Positions 1-10,383 of a stretch of 64,000 nt of DNA are shown piece after piece. The position numbers and the translations under genes are program-made. The stretch's first letter is position 1. Every line of letters begins with the position of its first letter. Origin of the DNA: Phycisphaeraceae bacterium. GTDB lineage: Bacteria; Planctomycetota; Phycisphaerae; Phycisphaerales; Phycisphaeraceae. The notes beneath the pieces are model-generated. The model saw only the letters and a list, made by a program, of their open reading frames with translations, was not told the DNA's origin and ran no database searches. The stretch lies in contig CBDCYN010000013.1 in assembly GCA_965224205.1 (NCBI GenBank), forward strand, positions 125,647 to 189,646. Direction: 5' to 3'.

Positions 1-371
1 TGGCGAGATTGACCAACAAAGAGGGCAGATGGGCGACACTGGTGTTCCCTTCGGGAGAGATCCGCCAGGTGTCGGTGAACTGTCGGGCGACCATCGGGCA
101 GGTCGGCAACACGGATCATCAGAACGTCAAGCTCGGCAAAGCCGGTCGCAACCGTCACCGCGGGGTGCGGCCGCACGTGCGGGGCGTCGCGATGAACCAC
201 CACGACCACCCCATGGGCGGCGGCGACGGCCGCAGCAAGGGCAACCGCACGCCGGCGTCCCCTTCGGGCGTCGGGGCCAAGGGCGGCCGCACCCGTGCCA
301 AGACCAAGCCGTCGAATAAACGTATCCTTCGGCGGCGGTTTAGCAAACGATATGGACAGTTGACGATTTAG
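1..371 (+). CDS. rplB: 50S ribosomal protein uL2, C-terminal part (5' end outside window)
   Basis: The frame ending at 371 reads [37 protein letters not shown], the conserved uL2 C-terminal core. It is followed by S19 as in S10-type operons. Confidence 0.9.
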   Translation, partial: ARLTNKEGRWATLVFPSGEIRQVSVNCRATIGQVGNTDHQNVKLGKAGRNRHRGVRPHVRGVAMNHHDHPMGGGDGRSKGNRTPASPSGVGAKGGRTRAKTKPSNKRILRRRFSKRYGQLTI

Positions 372-448
372 GGGTGAACGGGTGAAACCCGCGTTGATTC
401 AAAGTGTTATAGAAGAGAATAGTTAGGATAGTTCTGGGACCGTTTTAG

Positions 449-736
449 ATGCCGCGATCACTTAAAAAAGGGCCTTTTGTCGACGAGAAGCTGTACCGTA
501 AGGTCGAGCAGCTCAACCAAATGAACAAGCGTCAGGTGATCCGCACCTGGTCGCGGCGTTGCACGATCGTGCCCGAGTTCGTGGGCCACACCTTTGAGGT
601 GCACAACGGGAAGATTTTTCATAAGGTGCTCGTGACCGAGGATATGGTCGGCCATAAACTGGGGGAGTTTAGTTTGACCCGTCAGTTCCGTGCCCACACC
701 ACCGGCACCCGTGCACAAAGAGCCCGGGGGATGTAG
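449..736 (+). CDS. rpsS: 30S ribosomal protein uS19
   Basis: 95 aa starting [12 protein letters not shown], containing HNGK..HKLGEF. Canonical position after rplB. Confidence 0.95.
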   Translation: MPRSLKKGPFVDEKLYRKVEQLNQMNKRQVIRTWSRRCTIVPEFVGHTFEVHNGKIFHKVLVTEDMVGHKLGEFSLTRQFRAHTTGTRAQRARGM

Positions 737-778
737 GCCAAAGAGCGGTTGAGAGTTTTTTCCGAAACGAGATAACCC

Positions 779-1108
779 GTGTCGTATACCAACACGCATT
801 ACGCAGCGAGGATAAGCCCGACCAAAGCCCGGCCGGTGATCGATCTGATCCGCGGCAAGCCCGCGGCGCAGTCGCTGACGATCTTGGGGATGAGCAAGAA
901 GCGGGCTGCGGTGTTTATCCGCGCCGCGCTCAAAGCGGCGATCGCCAGCGCGGATCAAGACGAGGCTGATGTCCGCCGGCTGGTGGTGGTCGACGCCCGG
1001 GTCGACCAGGGGCCCACGTTCAAGCGGTGGCAGCCCAAAGACCGGGGTCGCGCCCACCCGATCAAGAAACGGACCAGCCACATCACGGTCAGTGTGGATG
1101 AAAAATAG
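779..1108 (+). CDS. rplV: 50S ribosomal protein uL22
   Basis: 109 aa with ARISPTKARPVIDLIRGK. GTG start. Lies between S19 and S3. Confidence 0.9.
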   Translation: MSYTNTHYAARISPTKARPVIDLIRGKPAAQSLTILGMSKKRAAVFIRAALKAAIASADQDEADVRRLVVVDARVDQGPTFKRWQPKDRGRAHPIKKRTSHITVSVDEK

Positions 1109-1194
1109 ATCGATCTGAGGAACTAACAATCACCGGCGATCATGGTTTAAGAATGGTTTTAGAGGGGTCGCCCCAGAGGTAGCAGCGAAGAATT

Positions 1195-1899
1195 ATGGGT
1201 CAGAAAGTCCATCCATTTGGGTTCCGGGTCGGGATCACCGAGGCGCACCGCAGCCGCTGGTACGCGCCCAAAGCCCTGTACGGGGAGCTGCTGATCGAAG
1301 ACCAGAAGATCCGTCGGTACATCGATAACCGCCTCAACCGCCGCCCGCCGTTCGCGGCGGTCTCGGACGTCCACATCGAGCGCACGCGTGAAGAGCTCAA
1401 GGTGCTGATCAAGACCTCCCGCCCGGGGCTGGTGATCGGCCCCAAGGGCTCGGAGATCGACCGGCTCACCCAGGACCTTCAAGAGCTCACCGGGCGTAAC
1501 GTTTCGGTGAGCTGTATCGAGGTGATCAACCCTGACCTTGATGCCCAGCTCGTGGCCGAGGGTTTGGCCGAGCAGCTCAAGAAACGGGCCAGCTTCCGCC
1601 GCATCATGAAGATGAAAGCCGAGGCCAGCATGAAAGCCGGGGCCAAGGGTGTTAAGATCCAGCTCTCTGGGCGGCTGGGGGGCCACGAGATGAGCCGGTC
1701 GGAAGATACCCGCCTTGGGGCGATCCCCCTTCAGACCCTCCAGGCCAACGTGGATTACGGTTTTGCTCAAAGCTACACGACGTATGGCGTGCTGGGGGTG
1801 AAGGTCTGGGTGTACAAAGGGATGTACGACGAAGTGAAGGAAGGTGAGCTCGAGTCCCGGGCAGCCGGCGCAAGGCCGCGGGCGCGTGGGCGACGTTAA
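1195..1899 (+). CDS. rpsC: 30S ribosomal protein uS3
   Basis: 234 aa starting MGQKVHPFGFRVGI. KH-domain region GLVIGPKGSEI. Confidence 0.95.
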   Translation: MGQKVHPFGFRVGITEAHRSRWYAPKALYGELLIEDQKIRRYIDNRLNRRPPFAAVSDVHIERTREELKVLIKTSRPGLVIGPKGSEIDRLTQDLQELTGRNVSVSCIEVINPDLDAQLVAEGLAEQLKKRASFRRIMKMKAEASMKAGAKGVKIQLSGRLGGHEMSRSEDTRLGAIPLQTLQANVDYGFAQSYTTYGVLGVKVWVYKGMYDEVKEGELESRAAGARPRARGRR

Positions 1900-1974
1900 T
1901 GGATGATAGCCGGGCTTCTGGTGCCCGAGTCGGTCGATCGTTCGTTGTTGGATCGTGTTGTTGAGGTTTGACGT

Positions 1975-2391
1975 ATGCCGTTGATGCCCAAAAGAGTGAA
2001 GTATCGCAAGCAGCAGCGTGGGAAGCTACGGGGTTTGGCATCGCGGGGCAATCATGTTTCCTATGGCGATTACGGTCTACAGAGTTTGGAGATCGGCTGG
2101 TTGACGGCTCGTCAGATCGAAGCGGGTCGTGTGGCCGCCACCCACTTTCTCCGCCGCGAAGGCAAGGTTTTCGTTCGGGTTTTCCCCGACAAGCCGATCA
2201 GCAAAAAGCCGCTCGAAACCCGGATGGGCAAGGGCAAGGCAGAACCGGAGTATTGGGTGGCGAGGGTCAAGCCGGGTACGATCCTTTATGAGATCACCGG
2301 CGTCCCGATCCAGGGCGCCCGCACCGCTTTCTTGAGGGTAGCCCACAAGATGCCCTTCAAATGCCGGTTTGTGGAGAGGCGTCACGCGTAG
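1975..2391 (+). CDS. rplP: 50S ribosomal protein uL16
   Basis: 138 aa starting [16 protein letters not shown], containing RMGKGKG-like [12 protein letters not shown]. Confidence 0.95.
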   Translation: MPLMPKRVKYRKQQRGKLRGLASRGNHVSYGDYGLQSLEIGWLTARQIEAGRVAATHFLRREGKVFVRVFPDKPISKKPLETRMGKGKAEPEYWVARVKPGTILYEITGVPIQGARTAFLRVAHKMPFKCRFVERRHA

Positions 2392-2411
2392 AACAAGAAA
2401 AATTTTGCGTC

Positions 2412-2618
2412 ATGAAAGCAGATGAAGCACACAAGATGAGTGACGAGGAGCTGCGGGTCGAAGTCGAGCGGCTGCGGCGCCATCATTACGACCTGCGGGT
2501 CCAGGCGGTCACCGAGAAGCTCGAGAACCCCCGGCAGCTGGGCAACACCCGCCGGGACATCGCCAGGCTGCTCACCGAGCAGCGTGCGCGCCAGATCCAA
2601 CGCAACGACGAAGGTTGA
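2412..2618 (+). CDS. rpmC: 50S ribosomal protein uL29
   Basis: Internal ATG at 2412 gives MKADEAHKMSDEELRVEVERLRRHHYDLRVQ, a typical L29 helical hairpin. The longer ORF from 2361 overlaps rplP. Confidence 0.9.
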   Translation: MKADEAHKMSDEELRVEVERLRRHHYDLRVQAVTEKLENPRQLGNTRRDIARLLTEQRARQIQRNDEG

Positions 2619-2625
2619 TCACGAT

Positions 2626-2922
2626 ATGTCGCCAACGAACCAGACCGCCAGCCCCGCGCCCCGCAAGCCGCTGACCGCGACCTTGATCGGGGTCGTGACC
2701 TCGGATAAGCGTGACAAGACCCGCACGGTCACCGTGACGTATCAGACTCGTCACTCCAAGTACGGCAAGTTCCTCAAGAGGCAGTCGCGTTACCACGTGC
2801 ACGACTCTCAAAACGCCAGCAAGCTGGGCGACCGGGTGGAGATCACCAACTGTAGGCCGATCAGCAAAACCAAGAGCTGGCGGCTGGTGAACGTGGTAGA
2901 GCCCAGCCGGGTGGAGGCCTAA
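2626..2922 (+). CDS. rpsQ: 30S ribosomal protein uS17
   Basis: ATG at 2626. Contains [18 protein letters not shown]...[17 protein letters not shown]...[16 protein letters not shown]. Confidence 0.9.
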   Translation: MSPTNQTASPAPRKPLTATLIGVVTSDKRDKTRTVTVTYQTRHSKYGKFLKRQSRYHVHDSQNASKLGDRVEITNCRPISKTKSWRLVNVVEPSRVEA

Positions 2923-3001
2923 ACATGGCGATGAAAACGAAAAACACACGGGCGGTCGGGTGCCTTGGGGGCCCGCCGTTGGGACAGCCGAGGGCCCCGC
3001 G

Positions 3002-3388
3002 ATGATCCAGGCCGAGTCAAGAGTCGATGTCGCTGACAACAGCGGGGCGAAGGTGGCGTACGTGATCCGTGTCCTGCGCGGCTCAACCGCGCGGGGCAAG
3101 TTCACCCGCAGGACCGCCACGATCGGCGATCGGGTCGTTTGCAGCATCAAGAAAGCGTTGCCGGGGGGGGACATCAAGACCGGCACGATCGTCAAAGGGG
3201 TCGTGGTGCGGACCAACTACCCGGTGCGACGCGACGACGGCAGCTACGTGCGGTTCGACCGCAACGCGGTGGTCCTGATCGACAACGAGGGCAACCCCAA
3301 GGGCACGCGCATCTTCGGGGCGGTGGCCCGGGAGCTTCGTGAACAGAATTACATGAAGATTGTTTCGTTAGCCTCGGAGGTGATCTGA
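3002..3388 (+). CDS. rplN: 50S ribosomal protein uL14
   Basis: ATG at 3002 gives [17 protein letters not shown]...GAVARELR, canonical L14. Confidence 0.95.
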   Translation: MIQAESRVDVADNSGAKVAYVIRVLRGSTARGKFTRRTATIGDRVVCSIKKALPGGDIKTGTIVKGVVVRTNYPVRRDDGSYVRFDRNAVVLIDNEGNPKGTRIFGAVARELREQNYMKIVSLASEVI

Positions 3389-3429
3389 CCGGGGACGCGG
3401 TCCGGGGTTCGGATCGAGGAATTTAGCCC

Positions 3430-3768
3430 ATGGCTAGGCATGTACGCAAGGGTGATTTGGTGATCGTGACCGCCGGCGATTCCCGGGGTCAGCAGGGCAA
3501 GATCCTGCGCGTGATCCCCGACCGGGACCTGGTGCTCGTCCAGGGGGTGAACGTGCGTCGCAAGCACGTCAAGCCCAGCCAGAAGCACCCTCAGGGAGGG
3601 TTGATCGAAAAGGAGCACCCGATCCACATCTCTAACGTGTCGCCCGCGGTCGACGGCAAGCCGACGCGGGTCCGTTTTGAGACCCGCCCCGATGGCTCGA
3701 AGGTCCGTATCGCGGTCCGCAACGGCCAGCAGCTGGGCCCGCCCCTCAAGAAAGCCAGGGATGGATAG
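3430..3768 (+). CDS. rplX: 50S ribosomal protein uL24
   Basis: 112 aa starting MARHVRKGDLVIVTAGDSRGQQGKILRV (KOW motif). Confidence 0.9.
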   Translation: MARHVRKGDLVIVTAGDSRGQQGKILRVIPDRDLVLVQGVNVRRKHVKPSQKHPQGGLIEKEHPIHISNVSPAVDGKPTRVRFETRPDGSKVRIAVRNGQQLGPPLKKARDG

Positions 3769-3879
3769 GAACGAACCCCATGACGAGCGCCTGTGCACCC
3801 CGCGCCTGTACGGCCTGCGAATGGATTGGTGCCTTGGCGGGGTGATCAAGCACAGCGGATTCTACCCGGAGTGTGTCCG

Positions 3880-4452
3880 ATGACACCACGATTGAAGGAA
3901 AAATACAGATCGCAGGTCTCCAGCAAGCTCAAGGAGGCTTTTGAGATTACCAACACGCTGGCCCTGCCGCGCTTGGAGCGGATCGTGGTCAATGTCGGTC
4001 TGGGCAAGCAGCTTGAGGGCACGAAAATCAGCCCGGTCGCCAAGGAGCAGGTGCTTGAGGACCTGAAGATCATTACCGGTCAGAACCCCGTGATGTCACG
4101 GGCCAAGAAATCGGTCTCGAACTTCAAGGTCCGAGCCGGCTACGAGATCGGGGCGATGGTCACGCTGCGCGGCGACCGCATGTGGGAGTTTCTAGACCGC
4201 CTGCTGAGCATGGCGATCCCCCGGATCAAGGACTTCCGGGGTTTGTCGGTCAAGAGTTTTGATGGTCAGGGCAACTATTCCTTCGGGTTCACCGAGCAGG
4301 GGGTGTTCCCTGAGGTCGATATGGGAAGAGCGAAGTTTATCCACGGGATGAACGTGACCCTGGTCATCCGCAACAGCTCCCGGGAGCGGTCGAAGCTGCT
4401 GTTGACAGAGCTGGGGGTCCCGTTTGTGCGGCCCGAGAGCCGGAATAACTAA
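3880..4452 (+). CDS. rplE: 50S ribosomal protein uL5
   Basis: ATG at 3880 gives [13 protein letters not shown]...[13 protein letters not shown]...FPEV. Confidence 0.95.
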   Translation: MTPRLKEKYRSQVSSKLKEAFEITNTLALPRLERIVVNVGLGKQLEGTKISPVAKEQVLEDLKIITGQNPVMSRAKKSVSNFKVRAGYEIGAMVTLRGDRMWEFLDRLLSMAIPRIKDFRGLSVKSFDGQGNYSFGFTEQGVFPEVDMGRAKFIHGMNVTLVIRNSSRERSKLLLTELGVPFVRPESRNN

Positions 4453-4526
4453 CATGTAACCATAGGGCCTCAACCCTAGGGCCCGCTGGGCGGAGCGGTT
4501 TCCGTTCTGCGATCAGAGACCAACAG

Positions 4527-4796
4527 ATGGCGTGTAAATCAACCATTGAAAGAAACAACCGGGTGAAGAAAACCGTGGCCAAGTACGCCCAGCTGCGGCG
4601 GGAGCTCAAGCAGCAGGGCGATTACGCGGCCCTGGCGCGGCTGCCTCGTGACGCCAGCCCGACCCGGGTGCGCAGCCTCTGTGCGTTGACCGGTCGAAGC
4701 CGCGGGGTTTACCGGAAGTTCAAGCTGTCGCGTATCATGTTGCGGGAACTGGCCCTGGAGGGCAAGATCCCGGGGATGCGCAAGGCCTCGTGGTAG
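4527..4796 (+). CDS. rpsN: 30S ribosomal protein uS14 (long form, no CxxC zinc motif seen)
   Basis: 89 aa containing [16 protein letters not shown]...[38 protein letters not shown]. Confidence 0.9.
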   Translation: MACKSTIERNNRVKKTVAKYAQLRRELKQQGDYAALARLPRDASPTRVRSLCALTGRSRGVYRKFKLSRIMLRELALEGKIPGMRKASW

Positions 4797-4884
4797 AGGA
4801 GAAACCCCAGCGCGCCCGATTGTGGGTGCCGAACGTCCGTGAGGCCAACCAGCGATCGACGAAGAATCCGGAGATGAATTTTTT

Positions 4885-5283
4885 ATGGCTTTGAGCGACC
4901 CCATCGCAGATATGCTCACCAGGATCCGCAACGCGGCCCGCAATCAATCCCAGCAGGTCGACTGCCGCAACAGCAAGATCTGTAGCGGGATCGCCCGTGT
5001 CCTTCAGGAGGAAGGGTACGTCACCGGTTACACGGTGATCGACGATGGCCTCCAGGGGATCCTGCGGATCGATCTGCGTTACGGGCCCCGGGGTGAGCAG
5101 ATGATCCACCGGTTGACGCGGGAAAGCAAGCCCGGCCGTCGTTTGTACAAGAAAGTGGAGGACCTGCCGCGTCCGTTGGCGGGGATGGGGATCGCGATCG
5201 TCAGCACCTCCCAAGGGGTGCTAAGCGACCGTCAGGCCCGTTCCCAAAACACCGGCGGTGAGTTGTTGTGTACCGTGGAGTAA
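4885..5283 (+). CDS. rpsH: 30S ribosomal protein uS8
   Basis: 132 aa starting MALSDPIADMLTRIRNA. Confidence 0.95.
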   Translation: MALSDPIADMLTRIRNAARNQSQQVDCRNSKICSGIARVLQEEGYVTGYTVIDDGLQGILRIDLRYGPRGEQMIHRLTRESKPGRRLYKKVEDLPRPLAGMGIAIVSTSQGVLSDRQARSQNTGGELLCTVE

Positions 5284-5376
5284 CGCGCACCTGAGGGTGC
5301 ACGCCGTCTTGAGTGCCCGGGTTTCGGGTGCCCGGCGTGAGGCCCACAGCCCAGGTTTGAATCGAGTAATCTAACC

Positions 5377-5925
5377 ATGTCACGTATCGGAAAAAAACCG
5401 ATCCCGCTACCCAGCAAGGTGAAGGTCTCGGTCCACGGCCGTGAGGTGGTGGTCGAGAGCGGGTCGAACAAGCTGTCGTATACCCACCGCCCGGAGGTGG
5501 CGGTCGAGGTCAATGAACAGGACAAGACCGTGGTGGTGGCGCGTCACGGGGACGACCGCACCGCCAAGGCGATGCACGGTTTGACCCGGGCGCTGATCGC
5601 GAACATGGTCACCGGGGTGACCGCCGGATTCACCAAGGTGCTCGAGATCGTCGGCGTGGGCTGGACCGCCCAGATGGAAGGCCAGGCGGTGGCTCTGAAA
5701 GTCGGTTACGCCGACACCCGGCGCGTCCCGGTCCCGGCGGGGCTTAGCGTGGATGTGAAGGGCAGCAAGATCACGATCACCGGGGCGGACAAGCAGGCTG
5801 TGGGTCAATTAGCCGCGGAGATCCGTCGCCAGAGGCCGCCCGAACCGTACAACGGCAAGGGGATCAAGTATGACGACGAGCGGATCATCCGCAAGGTCGG
5901 TAAGGCCTTGGCGGGTGGGGCTTGA
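5377..5925 (+). CDS. rplF: 50S ribosomal protein uL6
   Basis: 182 aa starting MSRIGKKPIPLPSKVKV, containing PEPYNGKGIKY. Confidence 0.95.
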   Translation: MSRIGKKPIPLPSKVKVSVHGREVVVESGSNKLSYTHRPEVAVEVNEQDKTVVVARHGDDRTAKAMHGLTRALIANMVTGVTAGFTKVLEIVGVGWTAQMEGQAVALKVGYADTRRVPVPAGLSVDVKGSKITITGADKQAVGQLAAEIRRQRPPEPYNGKGIKYDDERIIRKVGKALAGGA

Positions 5926-6040
5926 TCGGAGAAGGTTTTTGACGGGAGAAGGTGATTGGTGGAGGCGATGAAGTAAACAATGTATTAGAATCTATGTCTA
6001 ATATGAACATACGGGCAGCTTACCATTGTTTTGACGTCCC

Positions 6041-6400
6041 ATGAAGCAGAACAAACTCAAACAGATTAGACGCCAGCGGCGTAAGCTGGGTATTCGCAAG
6101 CGGGTCTTTGGCACGCCCCAGCGCCCGCGGTTGACCGTTTACCGCAGCCTCAAGCATATCTATGCTCAGATTGTCGACGACCTGTCGGGCCGTACCCTGG
6201 TTTCAGCCAGCAGCGTCCGAGACGGCGACGGCCAAGCCGGCGGGAACAAAGCCGTCGCGGCCCAGATCGGGCGCAAGCTCGCCGAGCGGGCCAAGGACGA
6301 GGGCATCACCCATGTGGCCCTGGACCGCAACGGTTTCCGTTACCACGGGCGGGTGCAGACGCTTGCCGAGGCGGCGCGTGAAGTGGGGTTACAGTTTTAG
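6041..6400 (+). CDS. rplR: 50S ribosomal protein uL18
   Basis: 119 aa containing [20 protein letters not shown]...[26 protein letters not shown]. Confidence 0.9.
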   Translation: MKQNKLKQIRRQRRKLGIRKRVFGTPQRPRLTVYRSLKHIYAQIVDDLSGRTLVSASSVRDGDGQAGGNKAVAAQIGRKLAERAKDEGITHVALDRNGFRYHGRVQTLAEAAREVGLQF

Positions 6401-6523
6401 ATTTGTCGTATTCAGCATTTAGCTTTGTGTATTGAAGGGACGCCGTGTGTGTCGAGTAACGATGATGATTGATTGGTCTTGCGGCCCCAGCCCCGTGCGA
6501 TGGGGGCTGGTGGGGGAGGCGTC

Positions 6524-7381
6524 ATGGCGGTAGAAACGGTTGACTCATCCGCGGCCCTAGACTCCGCGAACGTGGGGATCTACCGCACCGCGACCGTGGT
6601 CAAAGGCGGCCGTCGGTTTAGCTGGTCGGCGATGATCGTGGTCGGCGACCACAACGGCAGTGTCGGGATCGGTTACGGCAAGGCCACCAGTGTCCCCGCG
6701 GCGATCGAGAAGGCTCAGAAGGTCGCCAAGCGGAAGATGGTGAAGGTGACGCTCAAGGGCGGGACCCTGCCCCACGAGGTGCTGGGGAAGTTTGGGGCGT
6801 CGTCGGTGAAGCTCATCCCCGCAGCCCCGGGGACGGGGGTGATCGCCGGTGCCACCGTCCGGGCGGTGCTCGAGATGGCGGGTGTCCGCGATTGTCTGAC
6901 CAAAGCTTTCGGATCGACCAATCAGAAAAACCTCTGTAAGGCCGCGATGGAGGGGCTCAAGGCGTTGCGGAGCAAGGAACAGATCGCCCAATTGCGGGGG
7001 GTCGAGATCCAGGCCAGTGCCGTCGAAGAGATGCTCGAAGCCGGTCAGCGGTACGCGCCCACAGTGACCACCGTGGCCCCGAAAGCCAAAGCAGCGGGTA
7101 AGCCGAAAAAAGGCGACGGCAAAGGAAAACAACCCAAAACCAAGGGCACCAAGCCCGGAGCCACCGAGGATCCTGGCCACGTCGAGGTGAAAGATCAGCA
7201 GGCCACGGCGACCGCCACAGGGTCGCAAGAAACGGCCCCGGTACCCTCAGGGGGCGCGGTTCCCAACGAAACCGACGCCCCGCCCACAGCTGCGGAAACG
7301 TCTGAATCTCCTAAAGCCCAGGACGCCCCCGATGCTTCGTCAACGCCGCACACCACGGGACAAGAGGAAAGCAAATCATAA
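6524..7381 (+). CDS. rpsE: 30S ribosomal protein uS5 with about 130-aa low-complexity C-terminal extension
   Basis: ATG at 6524 is preceded by GGGGAGG. The S5 core reads RTATVVKGGRRFSWSAMIVVGDHNGSVGIGYGKA...GTGVIAGATVRAVLEMAGV. After ...LRGVEI comes a K/P/T/A/E-rich tail. Confidence 0.9.
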   Translation: MAVETVDSSAALDSANVGIYRTATVVKGGRRFSWSAMIVVGDHNGSVGIGYGKATSVPAAIEKAQKVAKRKMVKVTLKGGTLPHEVLGKFGASSVKLIPAAPGTGVIAGATVRAVLEMAGVRDCLTKAFGSTNQKNLCKAAMEGLKALRSKEQIAQLRGVEIQASAVEEMLEAGQRYAPTVTTVAPKAKAAGKPKKGDGKGKQPKTKGTKPGATEDPGHVEVKDQQATATATGSQETAPVPSGGAVPNETDAPPTAAETSESPKAQDAPDASSTPHTTGQEESKS

Positions 7382-7422
7382 ATGACGATGGTGCCTAGCG
7401 CCCATCGGGAGCAGTTACCGTT

Positions 7423-7899
7423 ATGATGATCCATGAAATCACCTCGCAGGTCGGCGCCCACAAGAAGCGCAAGCGGATTGGCCGCGGCATCGGGTCGGGG
7501 CACGGCAAGACATGTGGCCGCGGCCACAAGGGCGCCGGATCGCGTTCGGGCTGGACCGGTTCGATCCGCGCCAGCCGCGAAGGGGGGCAGATGCCGTTCT
7601 TTAGGCGGATCCCCAAGCGTGGGTTTTCCAATGCGTTATTCAAAAAGCACTTTGCGATCGTTAACATCAAGGCGATCGAAGCCCGTTTCCCGGATGGTGC
7701 CCAGATCGGTCCCCCGCAATTCGTTGAAGCGGGTCTGGTCCGTAGCGGCGTGGTGCCCGTGAAAGTATTAGGGGAGGGGCAACTGACCAAGAAGCTGCAC
7801 ATCACGGCCACGGCGTTCAGCCGATCCGCGCAAGAGAAGATCACCCAAGCGGGCGGGACAGCGACGTTGATCCAGAAGGAACCGAAGGAGGAGTCTTGA
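7423..7899 (+). CDS. rplO: 50S ribosomal protein uL15
   Basis: 158 aa containing KKRKRIGRGIGSGHGKTCGRGHKG. Confidence 0.9.
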   Translation: MMIHEITSQVGAHKKRKRIGRGIGSGHGKTCGRGHKGAGSRSGWTGSIRASREGGQMPFFRRIPKRGFSNALFKKHFAIVNIKAIEARFPDGAQIGPPQFVEAGLVRSGVVPVKVLGEGQLTKKLHITATAFSRSAQEKITQAGGTATLIQKEPKEES

Positions 7900-7992
7900 C
7901 CGCTCCGGGCCGATGCGCGGCGGTGCGTTGAGCGTCGCGGATCAGCGAATGACCGTCCTATCAAGCCGAGGTTTCTGAGATAGCTATCGATC

Positions 7993-9369
7993 ATGCTCCA
8001 AGCCTTTATCAACATGTGGCGGGTGGCGGAGCTCCGCAACAAGCTGCTGTTTACCATCTCGATGCTGGGGATCTACCGCATCGGGTTCTTTATCCCGCTG
8101 CCGGCGGTCGACCAGTCGGAGCTGGCCAAGTGGGCCCAGGAAAACGCCTCGGGCGGGGCGTTGGGCAACATCATCGCGTACGTCAACATCTTCACCGGTG
8201 GGGGGCTGGGCCAGTCGACGATCTTCACCCTCGGGGTGATGCCTTATATCTCGGCCGCGATCATCTTTCAGCTGCTAGCCACGGTGGTCCCGTCCCTTCA
8301 GCAGCTCCAGAAAGAAGGGCCCGGCGGGCGGCAGAAGATCCAGGAGTACACGCGTTACGCGACCGTGGGGCTGTGCATCGTTCAATCGATCTTCTGGCTT
8401 CAGTACCTTAAAGGCTCGAAGTTCGTGATCGATACGTATGAAACGAGCCTGACGTTTTGGGCCTGCGGGATGGTGGGGCTGACCAGCGGGACGGTGTTCC
8501 TGATGTGGCTGGGCGAGCAGATCGACAAGTACGGGATCGGTAACGGGGTGTCGCTGATCATCACCGCGGGGATCGTCTCGCACATGCCCGACGCGATCAT
8601 GCAGATCTACCAGGGGTTTTCGATCAGCGCCTCGGACACCCAGCCGTTCCACCTCGACACGGTGTTCTTCTTGTTGGCCGCGTTCGTGATCGTGGTGGCG
8701 GGGTCGATCGTGATCACCCAGGGCCAGCGGCGGATCCCGATCCAGCAGGCCAAGCACACGCGTGGGCGGCGGGTCTACGGGGGCCAGCGCAGCTTCCTGC
8801 CGCTTCGGGTCAACCACGGGGGGGTGATGCCGATCATCTTCGCCAGCTCACTGATGATCTTCCCCTCGATGCTGATCGGGTACCTCGACAGCGTGTGGGA
8901 CTCGTCGATCGTCGATTTCCTCAACCGCAACCTGCGGGTGCAGGGGTATATCTACGTGTTAACGTATATCGGGCTGATCTACTTCTTTGCGTATTTCTGG
9001 ACCACGGTGCAGTTCCAGCCCAAGGAGATGGCCACGCAGCTGCGCGACCACGGCAGCTTTATCCCCGGTCTGCGCCCGGGGCCGCGCACGGCTGAATACC
9101 TCGAGACGGTCATGGAGCGGATCACATATGTCGGGGCGGGGTTCCTGGCGATCATCGCGATCATCCCGACGATCGTGGCGGGGGTGTTCCGGATCCCGTT
9201 TACGGTCTCGAGCTTCTTGGGGGGCACGGGGTTGCTGATCGTGGTCAGCGTGATGCTGGATTTCATCCAGCGGATCGAGGCGAGCTTGATGATGCGTAAT
9301 TATGAAGGGTTCCTCAGCTCCGGCGGGGCCAAGGGGCGGCGGATCCGCGGGGCGCGGCCGACGGCGTGA
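7993..9369 (+). CDS. secY: Preprotein translocase subunit SecY
   Basis: 458 aa, multi-TM. Contains LRNKLLFT...IFTLGVMPYISAAIIFQLL and GQRRIPIQQAK. Canonical position after rplO. Confidence 0.95.
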   Translation: MLQAFINMWRVAELRNKLLFTISMLGIYRIGFFIPLPAVDQSELAKWAQENASGGALGNIIAYVNIFTGGGLGQSTIFTLGVMPYISAAIIFQLLATVVPSLQQLQKEGPGGRQKIQEYTRYATVGLCIVQSIFWLQYLKGSKFVIDTYETSLTFWACGMVGLTSGTVFLMWLGEQIDKYGIGNGVSLIITAGIVSHMPDAIMQIYQGFSISASDTQPFHLDTVFFLLAAFVIVVAGSIVITQGQRRIPIQQAKHTRGRRVYGGQRSFLPLRVNHGGVMPIIFASSLMIFPSMLIGYLDSVWDSSIVDFLNRNLRVQGYIYVLTYIGLIYFFAYFWTTVQFQPKEMATQLRDHGSFIPGLRPGPRTAEYLETVMERITYVGAGFLAIIAIIPTIVAGVFRIPFTVSSFLGGTGLLIVVSVMLDFIQRIEASLMMRNYEGFLSSGGAKGRRIRGARPTA

Positions 9370-9425
9370 CCGGCTTGATGGGTCGTCGGCCGGCGGGTCG
9401 ATCTGGGTTGCAAACCGTGGATACG

Positions 9426-9454
9426 TTGGCAACATTTTATGTTGTTTATATAAT
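9426..9454 (+). promoter_or_regulatory. Candidate sigma70-type promoter for map (TTGGCA-N17-TATAAT)
   Basis: TTGGCA at 9426-9431, a 17-nt spacer, then a perfect TATAAT at 9449-9454. It lies about 43 nt upstream of the map ATG, which has a GAAGGAG SD at 9486-9492. Confidence 0.45.
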
Positions 9455-9496
9455 GAGGTATTCCGCGCTTGAATAGGTCGCGAAAGAAGGAGAACC

Positions 9497-10285
9497 ATGG
9501 CGCGGGTCACCGTGTACCTGAAAAGTAAAGAAGAAATCGAGAAGATGCGCGCCGCGGGTCGGATCGTCCACGAGGTTCTCCAACGCTGCGGGCAGATGTG
9601 CCAGCCGGGGGTGACGACCCGGGAAATCGATGAAGAGGCTTACCGCCTTTTTACCGCCCGAGGGGCCCGTGGGCTGTTCAAGCATTACCCGACTTACCGC
9701 CCGGGTGAGGGGTTTCCATCGAACCTGTGCATCAGCGTTAACGACGAGGTGGTGCACGGGATCGCGGGGGACCGCAAGATCGAAAACGGCGATATCGTCG
9801 GGGTTGACTGCGGGGTCGAGTTGGACGGGTGGTGCGGCGACTCGGCTAAGACCTTCATGGTGGGGGACACCCAACCGGACGTTAAGGCCCTGTGCCAGAC
9901 CACGGAACACGTGCTTGACATCGCGATCGCGAACATCAAGCCGGGCAAGAAATGGAGTGAAATCGCCAGACTGATGCAAAATTACGCGGAGCAAGCGGGG
10001 CTGAGCGTGGTCCGTGATTTCGTAGGTCACGGGATCGGCCGCAAGATGCACGAGCCGCCCCAGGTCCCTAATTTTACAAGTCGAGCCTTGTTGAGTAACG
10101 ATATCGATTTGCAAGAGGGGATGACGTTAGCGGTGGAGCCGATGTGCAATCTGGGCGGAGTCGAAGTCAGAACCCTCGATGATGGCTGGACCGTCACGAC
10201 GGTTGACGGATCGCCTTCAGCTCATTTTGAGCACACAATCGCGGTGACCGCGACGGGAGCGGAGGTGTTGACCGATGGGCGGTGA
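9497..10285 (+). CDS. map: Methionine aminopeptidase type I
   Basis: 262 aa with metal ligands in context: VHGI, DIVGVDCG, GHGIG, LAVEPM, FEHT. Confidence 0.95.
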   Translation: MARVTVYLKSKEEIEKMRAAGRIVHEVLQRCGQMCQPGVTTREIDEEAYRLFTARGARGLFKHYPTYRPGEGFPSNLCISVNDEVVHGIAGDRKIENGDIVGVDCGVELDGWCGDSAKTFMVGDTQPDVKALCQTTEHVLDIAIANIKPGKKWSEIARLMQNYAEQAGLSVVRDFVGHGIGRKMHEPPQVPNFTSRALLSNDIDLQEGMTLAVEPMCNLGGVEVRTLDDGWTVTTVDGSPSAHFEHTIAVTATGAEVLTDGR

Positions 10286-10383
10286 GTTCGGGGCCAGGGG
10301 CGGCTGTCACGTCGTGATCAGGCCGTGGACGCCGTGATGACATTGACCTGCGTCCTAGGACCCCGTTTGTGGGCGTAAACGTG

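Noticed and set aside
458-1129. Long antisense ORFs across the ribosomal operon (for example 458-1129, 1159-1770, 2572-3216, 11901-12779, all minus strand)
   Set aside because: They lie opposite unmistakable ribosomal protein, rpoA and similar genes. Their Arg/Pro/Gly-rich composition is typical of shadow ORFs in GC-rich DNA.
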